Source of the DNA: an uncultured Legionellales bacterium
GTDB taxonomy: Bacteria; Pseudomonadota; Gammaproteobacteria; UBA1113
DNA length: 64,000 bases
NCBI GenBank assembly: GCA_945957175.1
Contig: CAMFJL010000006.1
Location: forward strand, 30,137 to 94,136
Direction: 5' to 3'
Under the pieces are notes generated by a model. It was given only the letters and a program-made list of their open reading frames with translations. It ran no database searches and had not been told where the DNA came from. Shown here in pieces: positions 25,343-33,740 of this stretch. Every line of letters starts with the position of its first letter. The stretch's first letter is position 1. The translations under genes and the position numbers were made by a program.

Positions 25343-26111
25343 GGCGTAAATCTATCAACGGCGTATGACATATCCTGCAGGGAAGGGTGGCTCTATCGTA
25401 GACCTGGAGCGTTTGCTGAAAATAACCAGGTTTACCATCGACTTGACTAAAGTCTTTGAGTGTGGTGCCGCCCATGGCAATGGCCTTGGTTAGTAAGGTT
25501 TTGATGTGATAACAGAGTTTAGCGCAGGCATCTTTGCTAAGCTGGGTTGCGGGGGTTTTCGGATGAATACCTGCGGCAAATAAACTTTCATTCGCATAGA
25601 TATTACCAACGCCAACGACGATATGACTATCCATGATAACAAGCTTAATGGCACGATGACGACCTTGGCAAATCTGCCATAAATAATCCCCATGAAAAGC
25701 ATCCGTTAAAGGTTCTGGCCCTAAGCTTGCTAACAGTTTTACGGCCAGAGGACTTTCATGCCATAACAAACAGCCAAAACGTCTCGGATCGGTGTAACGT
25801 AGACACTGACCATTATCTAACAACCAGTCAATATGATCATGTTTCTGTGGCGGGAGCGAGTGGGGAAGTACCCGAAGCGTGCCGGACATGCCAAAGTGCC
25901 AAATAAGCTTGCCTTGAGTTGTTTCCAAGATAAGATATTTACTGCGTCGGTCAATAGCAAGTATACGAGCCTTGGGTAGACGTTTGGTAATGTGTTCGGC
26001 CACGGGCCAACGCAATTGCGCTTGTCTAACAATCACTTGTTTAATTTGTTGGCCAATGAGCAGTGGCGCAAGCCCTTGACGCGCAGTTTCGATTTCCGGC
26101 AATTCAGGCAT
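25287..26111 (-). CDS. mutM: formamidopyrimidine-DNA glycosylase
   Basis: MPELPEIE N-terminus (catalytic Pro2, Glu3) and a C-terminal CxxC…CxxC zinc finger; 274 aa. Confidence 0.85.
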   Translation of the reverse strand: MPELPEIETARQGLAPLLIGQQIKQVIVRQAQLRWPVAEHITKRLPKARILAIDRRSKYLILETTQGKLIWHFGMSGTLRVLPHSLPPQKHDHIDWLLDNGQCLRYTDPRRFGCLLWHESPLAVKLLASLGPEPLTDAFHGDYLWQICQGRHRAIKLVIMDSHIVVGVGNIYANESLFAAGIHPKTPATQLSKDACAKLCYHIKTLLTKAIAMGGTTLKDFSQVDGKPGYFQQTLQVYDRATLPCRICHTPLIDLRLNRRATVYCSQCQALEAE

Positions 26112-26117
26112 GCGCGA

Positions 26118-26387
26118 TTACTCCGCCTCACCAAAGCGTTGTTGTACCAGTTCATGTAAGGCCTTGAAGGCCTCTTGTTCGTCTTCACCGTCGATAATGA
26201 GCGTGAGTTCAGTTCCTTGACTGGCAGCGAGCAACATAACCCCCATGATACTTTTGGCGTTGATGCGCTGTGTACCTTTGCAGAGCTCAATATGGCTTTT
26301 AAATTGTCCGGCAACGGTGACCCATTTAGCTGAGGCTCTGGCATGCAGTCCTAATTGATTGATGATAGTAATGGGTTGGCTTAACAT
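26118..26387 (-). CDS. ptsO: HPr-like phosphocarrier protein (NPr/PtsO type)
   Basis: 89 aa with the GLHARAS active-site His region; last gene of the hpf-ptsN-hprK-rapZ cluster. Confidence 0.7.
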   Translation of the reverse strand: MLSQPITIINQLGLHARASAKWVTVAGQFKSHIELCKGTQRINAKSIMGVMLLAASQGTELTLIIDGEDEQEAFKALHELVQQRFGEAE

Positions 26388-26764
26388 AATCGAATGCCTT
26401 CACGACCGCCAATAAGTGCTTTATCTGCCAGTTCGTCCAAAGGTAAATCGGCATAATTGACTAACTTAAATAACATCGGCAAATTGACGCCGCTGATAAG
26501 ACGAAGCTTGTCATATGATTTAAGGGTAAGTGCCATATTACAAGGGGTTGCACCAAATACATCTGTCAAAATAAGGACACCGTCTTGGTTTGCGAGCGCG
26601 TCTAGTTTTTGTTGTAATTGTGCGTGCATTTGCTCAGGTGTCTGCTGGTAACTGACGGCGATCAGTTGCCAATGCGCGGGCAATTGTCCGAATGTGGTTT
26701 GCACAACTTGCGTCAGCGCTTGTCCCACATCTGTGTGGGTGACGAGTAAAACATGAACAGTCAT
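26381..26764 (-). CDS. PTS EIIA component, mannose/fructose family
   Basis: 127 aa with N-terminal VLLVTHTDVG of the EIIA-Man fold. It lies between rapZ and ptsO, as in beta and some gamma proteobacteria. Confidence 0.55.
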   Translation of the reverse strand: MTVHVLLVTHTDVGQALTQVVQTTFGQLPAHWQLIAVSYQQTPEQMHAQLQQKLDALANQDGVLILTDVFGATPCNMALTLKSYDKLRLISGVNLPMLFKLVNYADLPLDELADKALIGGREGIRLC

Positions 26765-27603
26765 TATAGCTCTCGGTGACGTACCTGTAGTTGAGGATAG
26801 TCAATGCGTAACTGTTTTGCCAGGGCTTCGGCTATAAAAACTGAACGATGTTGACCCCCAGTGCAGCCGATGGCTACCGTTAAATAATTACGATGGCTAT
26901 GAATAAATTCCGGGATCCAGTGTTTTAAGAACTTCGTGATGTCTTGTAACATGGTTTTGGTTTCGGGCTTTGTTTCTAAAAATGCCATCACTGGGGCGTC
27001 TAGGCCTGTATGTCCGCGCAATGCGGTTTGCCAATAGGGATTAGCAAGACATCGCACGTCGAATACGAAATCACTATCTGCAGGTACACCAAATTTAAAG
27101 CCAAAGGATTCAATGAGCAAAGATAAACCTTGATTTTTAGCGCCAACACGCGTGGTAATAGCTTGACGTAATTCGTGAACAGAATAATGGGTTGTGTCAA
27201 TACGAACGTCAGCAAGCTCTGCAATAGGTGCAAGCATTCGCTGCTCTTCGCGGATAGCTTCAGATAATGACAAGCTGGGACTTGTGAGTGGATGCTTACG
27301 TCGGGTTTCACTAAAGCGTTTCATGAGAGTTGCATCATCGGCGTCAAGATAAACGAGTTCACAACTGGTGCTTTGTTCTTTGAATTGTGTCAGTAGGGGA
27401 TAGAAGCTGGCTAATTCTTTGGGAAGATTTCGTGCATCGATGCCCAAAGCAAGCGATTCGTGGTGATCACCCATGTGGCTGATAAGCTCTGGGAGTAAAC
27501 TCACCGGTAGATTATCGAGGCAATAAAAACCAGCGTCTTCTAAGGCATGAAGACAGATGGATTTACCAGAGCCAGAGCGACCACTGATGATGACGATTCT
27601 CAC
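26764..27603 (-). CDS. rapZ: RNase adapter protein RapZ (YhbJ)
   Basis: 279 aa with Walker A GRSGSGKS and N-terminus MRIVIISG. The start codon is apparently GTG at 27603. Confidence 0.8.
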   Translation of the reverse strand: MRIVIISGRSGSGKSICLHALEDAGFYCLDNLPVSLLPELISHMGDHHESLALGIDARNLPKELASFYPLLTQFKEQSTSCELVYLDADDATLMKRFSETRRKHPLTSPSLSLSEAIREEQRMLAPIAELADVRIDTTHYSVHELRQAITTRVGAKNQGLSLLIESFGFKFGVPADSDFVFDVRCLANPYWQTALRGHTGLDAPVMAFLETKPETKTMLQDITKFLKHWIPEFIHSHRNYLTVAIGCTGGQHRSVFIAEALAKQLRIDYPQLQVRHREL

Positions 27604-27700
27604 GGTGTGTGCCTCATTGGGGGAGATAGAGTCATTATATCACGAGATGATCTCACGATGTTAACCGTAGGGCACGGTCATAACGATACTAAATTGTAGC

Positions 27701-27718
27701 GGCACGGCGTGCCGTGCC
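27701..27718. repeat. GC-rich palindromic element GGCACGGCGTGCCGTGCC (copy 1); an upstream half-copy GTAGGGCACGG lies at 27667-27677
   Basis: A perfect 8+2+8 palindrome 13 nt downstream of the hprK stop, in the hprK-rapZ spacer. The identical 18-mer recurs at 31157-31174. Confidence 0.6.
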
Positions 27719-27730
27719 CCAAAAGGTATG

Positions 27731-28276
27731 TTAAGGATTCAGCAGTTGTTCTTGTCTGGCAATAAATTCATCGGTAGCAAGGTAACCGTGTTGTTTAAGT
27801 ACTTGATTGCGCACAGCTGTTTCAATGAGCACAGCAATGTTACGACCGGGCGCGAGCGGTATAGTGACTTCGGGCACTTCAACATCCAAAATGCTTTGTT
27901 GCCGGTACATCCCTTGAAGCCGGTCCATCTGCGCAAGTTCTTCAGTGGAAAATAGCGCGACGTGCACAATGAGTTGTAAGCGTTTTTCTTGCTTGATAGC
28001 GTTATCGCCGTACATAACGCGAATATTTAAAATACCGAGACCGCGCACTTCTAAAAAATCCTGTAACAGTGGAGGACAACTGCCAATCAAGGTTTCTTTG
28101 TCGATTTGTTTAAAAGTAACCGCATCATCGGCTATCAGGCGATGTCCTCGATTAATGAGACCTAGTGCCAGCTCACTTTTACCGATGCCGCTGGCACCGG
28201 TTAACAAGACGCCAAGGCCCAATACATCGAGAAATACACCATGGAGTGTGGCTGTGTCATCTAAGCTGGTAGGCAT
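27731..28276 (-). CDS. hprK: HPr kinase/phosphorylase, kinase-domain-only short form
   Basis: 181 aa containing the P-loop GASGIGKSE and the HprK C-terminal domain. The upstream space is occupied by ptsN (16-nt overlap), so no N-terminal domain is possible. Confidence 0.65.
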   Translation of the reverse strand: MPTSLDDTATLHGVFLDVLGLGVLLTGASGIGKSELALGLINRGHRLIADDAVTFKQIDKETLIGSCPPLLQDFLEVRGLGILNIRVMYGDNAIKQEKRLQLIVHVALFSTEELAQMDRLQGMYRQQSILDVEVPEVTIPLAPGRNIAVLIETAVRNQVLKQHGYLATDEFIARQEQLLNP

Positions 28277-28734
28277 AGATTTGTTTCAATCAATTGATAA
28301 GCAACCATAGGATCCCTCGTTTGCCTAAGCGCTGTGGTTAAATGCGTTTGACGCAAAAAAGCAGCGATGGCTGCTAGGATTTGCAAATGGGTATTGTGTG
28401 CGGAGCTTGGTACAAACAAAGTCCACAATAAGTCGACCGGTTTGTGATCTTGGGCACTGTATTCGATAGGTTCAGCTAAGGTGACAATCACCATGGTTGG
28501 AATTGTCACCTCGTCAAGCCGACAATGCGGTAAGCCGAGACCATCACCTAAACCGGTGGCGCCCATGCGTTCTCTTGCGAGTAGGTGTTCATAAATGTTA
28601 TCTGCATCCATGCGATAGGTGGTTGCTGCGAGCTCACTAATGCGCTCAAGCGCACGCTTTTTACTCTCAACGACGAGCTTAAGCGCAATAGCATTCACAT
28701 CAAACTGGATAGGTAATTCGGTCAATAAGGACAT
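28261..28734 (-). CDS. ptsN: nitrogen-regulatory PTS EIIA-Ntr
   Basis: 157 aa with the GLGDGLGLPH active-site His motif. Confidence 0.75.
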   Translation of the reverse strand: MSLLTELPIQFDVNAIALKLVVESKKRALERISELAATTYRMDADNIYEHLLARERMGATGLGDGLGLPHCRLDEVTIPTMVIVTLAEPIEYSAQDHKPVDLLWTLFVPSSAHNTHLQILAAIAAFLRQTHLTTALRQTRDPMVAYQLIETNLCLPA

Positions 28735-28746
28735 AGCGGTACAGTT

Positions 28747-29100
28747 CTATTCGCGTTCCTCATCATGGATTTCGCGGTATTCTTTTTCGCGATGCTCCGT
28801 TTGTCTACCACGGTGATCTTTCAATTGGCGGTCAAGCTTGTCAACAAGTGCGTCAACGGCCGAGTACATATCCGCCTTGCTGTCAGCATCGGCATGAAAT
28901 ATTTTACCTGCAGCTTGAACAGTTGCTTTAGCAACATGATTAAATTTGTTTTCCATTTCAAAGGTGACATCGATGCTGATAATTTTATCAAAATGGCGTA
29001 AGAGTTTTGTAAATTTTTCATCAGTGAAGTCGCGCAATGCTTGGCTATTATCTAATTGATGGCCTGTATAATTAATACGCATGAAAGTCTCCTTAGGCAT
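28747..29100 (-). CDS. hpf: ribosome hibernation promoting factor (long HPF/RaiA family)
   Basis: 117 aa beginning MRINYTGHQL… with the YfiA/HPF fold pattern. AAGGAGA sits at -8. It heads the ptsN-hprK-rapZ cluster. Confidence 0.75.
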   Translation of the reverse strand: MPKETFMRINYTGHQLDNSQALRDFTDEKFTKLLRHFDKIISIDVTFEMENKFNHVAKATVQAAGKIFHADADSKADMYSAVDALVDKLDRQLKDHRGRQTEHREKEYREIHDEERE

Positions 29101-29306
29101 AAACAGAAAAGAGGTTTAAGCTATCGCTTACATGAAGCAAGCTTAACACTATTTTTAGTATAGTCAATTATATGCGCCTCGCGTCGCTTAGCTGACATTC
29201 CGTGATGTATATGCAGGGTGTCGCCTGAGCGGACAAAGCCACAAGATAAAACATAGCATTTTAAAGAAGCTTAGGTATACTTATGGCCTATAGCAAGGGG
29301 TATCGT

Positions 29307-30401
29307 ATGTCAGGCAATAGTTTCGGGCAGCTTTTTAGAATCACAACATCAGGTGAATCGCATGGCGGGGCCTTGGCTGTCATTATTGACGGTTGTCCGC
29401 CTGGACTTGAGATAACGGAATTTGATATTCAAGCCGAGCTAGATAGACGCAAACCAGGGCAAAGTGCAATTACCACGCCACGTAAAGAAGCGGATAGAAT
29501 CCATATTTGTTCAGGTGTTTTTGAGGGTAAAACCACGGGTACCCCCATCCTTTTGCAGGCCTACAATGAAGATGCACGTCCGGAAGATTATGATGTGCTC
29601 AAGCAAGTGTATCGTCCTTCGCATGCTGATTTTACCTACGAGATGAAGTATGGTTTGCGTGACTTTCGCGGTAGCGGCCGTGCAAGTGCAAGAGAAACCT
29701 TGGCAAGGGTTGCTGCAGGTGCTATCGCTAAAAAATATCTTAAATTGCACTATCAGATAGAGATCCTTAGCTATGTTGAACAAGTAGGTACGATTCGTAC
29801 GGATATGCCCCATGAAGCAGTGACCCTGGATGCGATTGAAAGTAATGTGGTGCGTTGCCCTGATGCTGATGTTGCCAGCAAGATGATCCAACGTATCGGA
29901 GAGGTACAACAACAAGGTGATTCCATCGGTGGCATTATTAAGGGCGTGATAAGACATGCGCCACCAGGCTTAGGTGAGCCGGTTTTTGATAAATTATCAG
30001 CTGATTTAGGCAAAGCGATGCTTAGCATTAATGCAGTCAAAGGTTTTGATATGGGTAGTGGATTTGAAGGCGTCTCGATGCTAGGTAGTGCGCATAATGA
30101 TATCTTTGTTGTAAAAAATAAGCACGTAACAACCAAAACGAATTATGCCGGTGGAACACTCGGTGGCATTTCCACAGGTGAAACGATTTATTTTCGTGTT
30201 GCTTTTAAGCCCGTGGCAACTATCAGCAAAACGCAAGAAACCATAAACAAAGCGCATGAGCCTATTTTACTTGCTGCTAAAGGTCGACATGACCCTTGTG
30301 TATTGCCACGTGCGGTACCTATTGTGGATGCAATGGCCGCTTTAGTGATAATGGATCATGTATTAAGACATAGAGCACAGGTCAGCACATCCCTATCGTG
30401 A
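29307..30401 (+). CDS. aroC: chorismate synthase
   Basis: [21 protein letters not shown]-terminus; 364 aa from the ATG at 29307. Confidence 0.85.
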   Translation: MSGNSFGQLFRITTSGESHGGALAVIIDGCPPGLEITEFDIQAELDRRKPGQSAITTPRKEADRIHICSGVFEGKTTGTPILLQAYNEDARPEDYDVLKQVYRPSHADFTYEMKYGLRDFRGSGRASARETLARVAAGAIAKKYLKLHYQIEILSYVEQVGTIRTDMPHEAVTLDAIESNVVRCPDADVASKMIQRIGEVQQQGDSIGGIIKGVIRHAPPGLGEPVFDKLSADLGKAMLSINAVKGFDMGSGFEGVSMLGSAHNDIFVVKNKHVTTKTNYAGGTLGGISTGETIYFRVAFKPVATISKTQETINKAHEPILLAAKGRHDPCVLPRAVPIVDAMAALVIMDHVLRHRAQVSTSLS

Positions 30402-30468
30402 TCAAATCATTGCTGTGCAGCAGCGCAGTGTGCTAAAGTGCTTTAAGCTAAACAGGGTGGTGTTTTAC

Positions 30469-31026
30469 ATGAATATTCCTAATATGTTAACGTTAGCACG
30501 TATTGTATTAATTCCTTTGTTTGTCGTGTTATTTTATCTACCATGGCATTTTACGCAAATGCTAACAACCATCATTTTTATCATTGCGGCGCTTACGGAT
30601 TGGTTAGATGGTTATCTTGCTAGAAGCCTTTCGCAAACCTCAAGATTGGGTGCTTTTTTAGATCCCGTTGCGGATAAATTGATTGTTGTGACTGCATTGA
30701 TTTTGCTAGTAGGTGCGAATCAGTTCCCTTATATTGCGGTGCCTGCGGCAGTGATTGCTGGTCGAGAGATAGCGATATCCGCTTTGCGTGAATGGATGGC
30801 AGAGCTTGGTAAGCGCACAAGTATTGCAGTGTCCATTCTCGGTAAAAGCAAGACAGTTTTACAGATGTTGGCGATCACTTTGTTATTGTTGGGGCGTAGC
30901 GAAAGCATACCCAATTATCATACCTTAGCAATGGTGGGCTATGGCCTGCTTTATGCGGCAGCAGTGATGACCTTGTGGTCCATGGTTATCTACCTTAAAA
31001 CCGCATGGCCGGAATTCCAAAAATAG
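30469..31026 (+). CDS. pgsA: CDP-diacylglycerol--glycerol-3-phosphate 3-phosphatidyltransferase
   Basis: MNIPNMLTLARIVLIPLFV aligns with the E. coli PgsA N-terminus. CDP-alcohol PTase motif D…G…AR…G…D; 185 aa. Confidence 0.8.
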   Translation: MNIPNMLTLARIVLIPLFVVLFYLPWHFTQMLTTIIFIIAALTDWLDGYLARSLSQTSRLGAFLDPVADKLIVVTALILLVGANQFPYIAVPAAVIAGREIAISALREWMAELGKRTSIAVSILGKSKTVLQMLAITLLLLGRSESIPNYHTLAMVGYGLLYAAAVMTLWSMVIYLKTAWPEFQK

Positions 31027-31124
31027 AGGTCCGGTGGTAACGATATGGCCGGAATTCCAAAAATAGAGGTCCGGTGGTAACGATATGGCCGGAATTCCAA
31101 AAATAGAGGTCCGGTGGTAACGAT
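31005..31124 (+). repeat. perfect 3x40-bp tandem direct repeat (unit ATGGCCGGAATTCCAAAAATAGAGGTCCGGTGGTAACGAT)
   Basis: The three units at 31005-31044, 31045-31084 and 31085-31124 are identical. Copy 1 contains the last 22 nt of pgsA (…W P E F Q K stop) plus 18 nt of 3'UTR. Confidence 0.9.
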
Positions 31125-31150
31125 ATTGACTGTAGAGACATAATGCTAAC

Positions 31151-31180
31151 TGTAAGGGCACGGCGTGCCGTGCCCTTACA
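31151..31180. repeat. GC-rich palindromic element (copy 2), extended to a 14+2+14 near-perfect palindrome TGTAAGGGCACGGC-GT-GCCGTGCCCTTACA
   Basis: Contains the same GGCACGGCGTGCCGTGCC core as 27701-27718. It lies between the 40-bp repeat array and the tRNA promoter. Confidence 0.6.
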
Positions 31181-31224
31181 AAAGCGTGCCGCACCTCTGC
31201 AAATAACAAATTCTTAAATAATAC

Positions 31225-31252
31225 TTGACAGCAGATCGCATTTCGCTAAAAT
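31225..31252 (+). promoter_or_regulatory. strong sigma70-like promoter of the tRNA cluster (TTGACA-16-TAAAAT)
   Basis: TTGACA at 31225-31230 and TAAAAT at 31247-31252. tRNA-Gly begins 13 nt downstream of the -10. Confidence 0.55.
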
Positions 31253-31264
31253 AGGCACCTGTCT

Positions 31265-31340
<76 letters not shown>

Positions 31341-31452
31341 ATATTTTTTCACTTTTCTATGCGTTCACATAGCTAAGTTGCTCTGATAAAGCATACAAAA
31401 GTGATTTTTCATCAGATGATAATCACCCAAGATTCGCATCCGATATGCAATT

Positions 31453-31526
31453 GGCTGGGTGGCAGAGTGGTCATGCAGCGGCCTGCAAAGCCGCGTACGC
31501 CGGTTCGATTCCGGCCTCAGCCTCCA
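31453..31526 (+). tRNA. tRNA-Cys (anticodon GCA)
   Basis: 74 nt, GGCTGGGTGGCAGAGTGG…CCTGCAAAGC…GGTTCGATTCCGGCCTCAGCCTCCA. Confidence 0.85.
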
Positions 31527-31546
31527 CGTTTTATGTGCGTTATTAT

Positions 31547-31635
31547 GCCCGGGTGGCGAAACAGGTAGACGCAAGGGACTTAAAATCCCTCGGGACTTAA
31601 ATCCCGTGCCGGTTCGACTCCGGCCCCGGGCACCA
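31547..31635 (+). tRNA. tRNA-Leu (anticodon TAA), long-variable-arm type
   Basis: 89 nt, GCCCGGGTGGCGAAACAGGTAGACGC…GACTTAAAATCCC…GGTTCGACTCCGGCCCCGGGCACCA. Confidence 0.85.
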
Positions 31636-31671
31636 CTTCCACCCTTTTTTCGATTGCATGGAAGCTTCCAC

Positions 31672-32442
31672 ATGCGCGTATTTACGAAAAAAACCAAGTC
31701 TCGGACTAAAATGCAAGTGTCGAGGCGAGTCACGCCTGGGCTCGTTGCCAATCATTCTTGGTCGTTTTGCCGTCGCTTTATGTGGCCATTGGCAGCGCTT
31801 TTTGCAATCATCATCATGTTTTACCTCCATGTCACCGTGCTTTTTCCTATCACAGCTGTGCGGGTTTACGACCCTGGCCTTCATATCGATCAACAAAGTA
31901 TTGTGAGTACCGTGAACCCCTTAGTCGACAATGGCTTTTTTGGTACCAATTTGGGACATATTAAAACTGCATTACAAGCCTTGCCTTGGGTTGCCATGGT
32001 GGATGTGTCAAGGCAATGGCCGGGGCGTATTGTGATCCATTTGTATGAGCGTGTGCCTTTAGCCAGGTGGAACCTGAATGACTTAGTCACCGCCGACGGT
32101 ATTATTTTTACGCCAGCCACAACGGACAGTATCCCTGACTTACCCCATTTATATGGGCCGCCGACTGAGGTTTTGCGCATGACTCAAGCGTATCTACGAT
32201 TTGTGACTGAGCTTGCGCCTTTACCACTGACTATCACCGCGGTGCGTTTATCTGAAAGATTATCGTGGGATTTACGCTTATCCAATGGTATGATACTCAA
32301 ATTAGGGCGGACCCAGATGCATGAGCGTTTGGTGCGTTTTGTGAAAGTTTACCCTCAAGTTTTTGCAAATAACAATAACAAAGCGGTGTATGTGGATTTA
32401 CGTTACAATCACGGCATGGCTGTGCGTTGGGCGAGTACCTAG
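31672..32442 (+). CDS. ftsQ: cell division protein FtsQ
   Basis: Short cytoplasmic N-terminus, one TM helix, then POTRA/FtsQ domains. It immediately precedes ftsA-ftsZ. I placed the start after the tRNAs at the ATG at 31672; the ORF-track N-extension runs through the tRNA genes. Confidence 0.65.
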   Translation: MRVFTKKTKSRTKMQVSRRVTPGLVANHSWSFCRRFMWPLAALFAIIIMFYLHVTVLFPITAVRVYDPGLHIDQQSIVSTVNPLVDNGFFGTNLGHIKTALQALPWVAMVDVSRQWPGRIVIHLYERVPLARWNLNDLVTADGIIFTPATTDSIPDLPHLYGPPTEVLRMTQAYLRFVTELAPLPLTITAVRLSERLSWDLRLSNGMILKLGRTQMHERLVRFVKVYPQVFANNNNKAVYVDLRYNHGMAVRWAST

Positions 32443-32487
32443 GGTTGTAAGTTAGGTTCATTTAGATGTGAGAGTTAAGGATCATCC

Positions 32488-33720
32488 ATGGCAAAACGTC
32501 GTGAAAAAAATATCCTAGTTGCATTGGATATTGGCAATTCAAAAATTGCCGCAGTGGTTGGTGAGATTCATGAAGATGGAAAGCTTGAGATTGTGGGCTT
32601 TGGTTCACATCCGTCAAAAGGCTTGAAACGAGGTGTCGTTGTGCACATTGATGCAACCATTGCATCGATTCAACGTGCAGTAGAAGAAGCGGAACTCATG
32701 ACGGGTTATCGCATTCATTCGGCATACACAGGTATTGCGGGTAATCACATCCAGGGCTTAAATTCGCATGGTATTGTGGCGATTAAAGCACAAGAAGTTA
32801 CAGAAGTTGATATTGAGCGCGTGCTGGATGCGGCAAAAGCGGTGGCTATCCCAGCGGATCAACAAATTCTACACGTATTACCACAAGAATTTATTATTGA
32901 CAGCCAACGTGGTATTCGTGAACCGATCGGGATGTCTGGCGTACGACTTGAATCACGCGTACATATGGTCGTGGGCTCTGTAAGCGCTGCACAAAATATT
33001 ATTAAATGCGTTGAGCGTTGTGGCTTAGATGTTGCGGATATTATTTTAGAACAAGTTGCTTCAAGTTATGCTGTGTTAACGGATGATGAAAAAGAATTAG
33101 GGGTGGCGCTTGTTGATATGGGCGGCGGTACATGTGATATTGCAGTCTATGTCGACGGGGCCATTGTCCATACAGCGGTTATACCGATTGCGGGCGATCA
33201 AGTGACGAATGATGTGGCGGTTGCTTTGCGTATTCCAACGCCGATTGCAGAAGAATTAAAGCGTCAATATGCATGTACTGAGGCAAAGCTCGGTGACGAT
33301 GCCGATGAGTTTTTACCAGCGCTTCCAGCCATGGAAAGACTCAGTAAACAAATTAGTCGGCGTATGCTCGCGCAAGTTGTCGAACCACGCTATGAAGAAT
33401 TATTAGCGCTTGTACAAGCTGAGTTGATTCGCGCGGGTGTTTTTGAGCTTATCTCTGCGGGTGTCGTGTTAACAGGCGGTTCTGCTAAAATGCCAGGTTT
33501 GATTGCGTTGGCGGAAGATTGTTTGCAAGTGCCTGTACGTTTAGGCGTGCCTTTGCATACTGAGGGTATTCAAGCTATCGTGAGCGATCCTATTTATGCC
33601 ACGGGCGTTGGTTTGCTGCATTATGGTTTAAAGCATCAGCATAGTGGTTCACAGCATGCGCCACGTGAGACAAAGGGGTTATTTGGGCGGATGCGTCAGT
33701 GGTTTCAAGGTCAGTTTTAG
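32488..33720 (+). CDS. ftsA: cell division protein FtsA
   Basis: 410-aa actin-fold protein (LDIGNSKI…, DMGGGTCDIAV). Confidence 0.85.
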   Translation: MAKRREKNILVALDIGNSKIAAVVGEIHEDGKLEIVGFGSHPSKGLKRGVVVHIDATIASIQRAVEEAELMTGYRIHSAYTGIAGNHIQGLNSHGIVAIKAQEVTEVDIERVLDAAKAVAIPADQQILHVLPQEFIIDSQRGIREPIGMSGVRLESRVHMVVGSVSAAQNIIKCVERCGLDVADIILEQVASSYAVLTDDEKELGVALVDMGGGTCDIAVYVDGAIVHTAVIPIAGDQVTNDVAVALRIPTPIAEELKRQYACTEAKLGDDADEFLPALPAMERLSKQISRRMLAQVVEPRYEELLALVQAELIRAGVFELISAGVVLTGGSAKMPGLIALAEDCLQVPVRLGVPLHTEGIQAIVSDPIYATGVGLLHYGLKHQHSGSQHAPRETKGLFGRMRQWFQGQF

Positions 33721-33740
33721 TTTTTTGAGGAGTCAGTTTT

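Noticed and set aside
27635-27643. Extended -10 (TGATATAAT on the - strand) as an internal promoter for rapZ
   Set aside because: It is plausible but unsupported by a -35. It could equally be chance in an AT-rich spacer, so I left it out of the feature table.
31005-31124. 11-aa mini-ORF (MAGIPKIEVRW) encoded once per 40-bp repeat unit
   Set aside because: It has no RBS. It arises automatically from copying the pgsA 3' end in a shifted frame and is most likely incidental.
31365-31751. 128-aa ORF on the - strand, and the ORF-track N-extension of ftsQ from 31459, covering the tRNA cluster
   Set aside because: They overlap three well-formed tRNA genes. Arg/Gly/Ser-rich low-complexity translations are typical of reading GC-rich tRNA sequence. 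ftsQ is better started at 31672.
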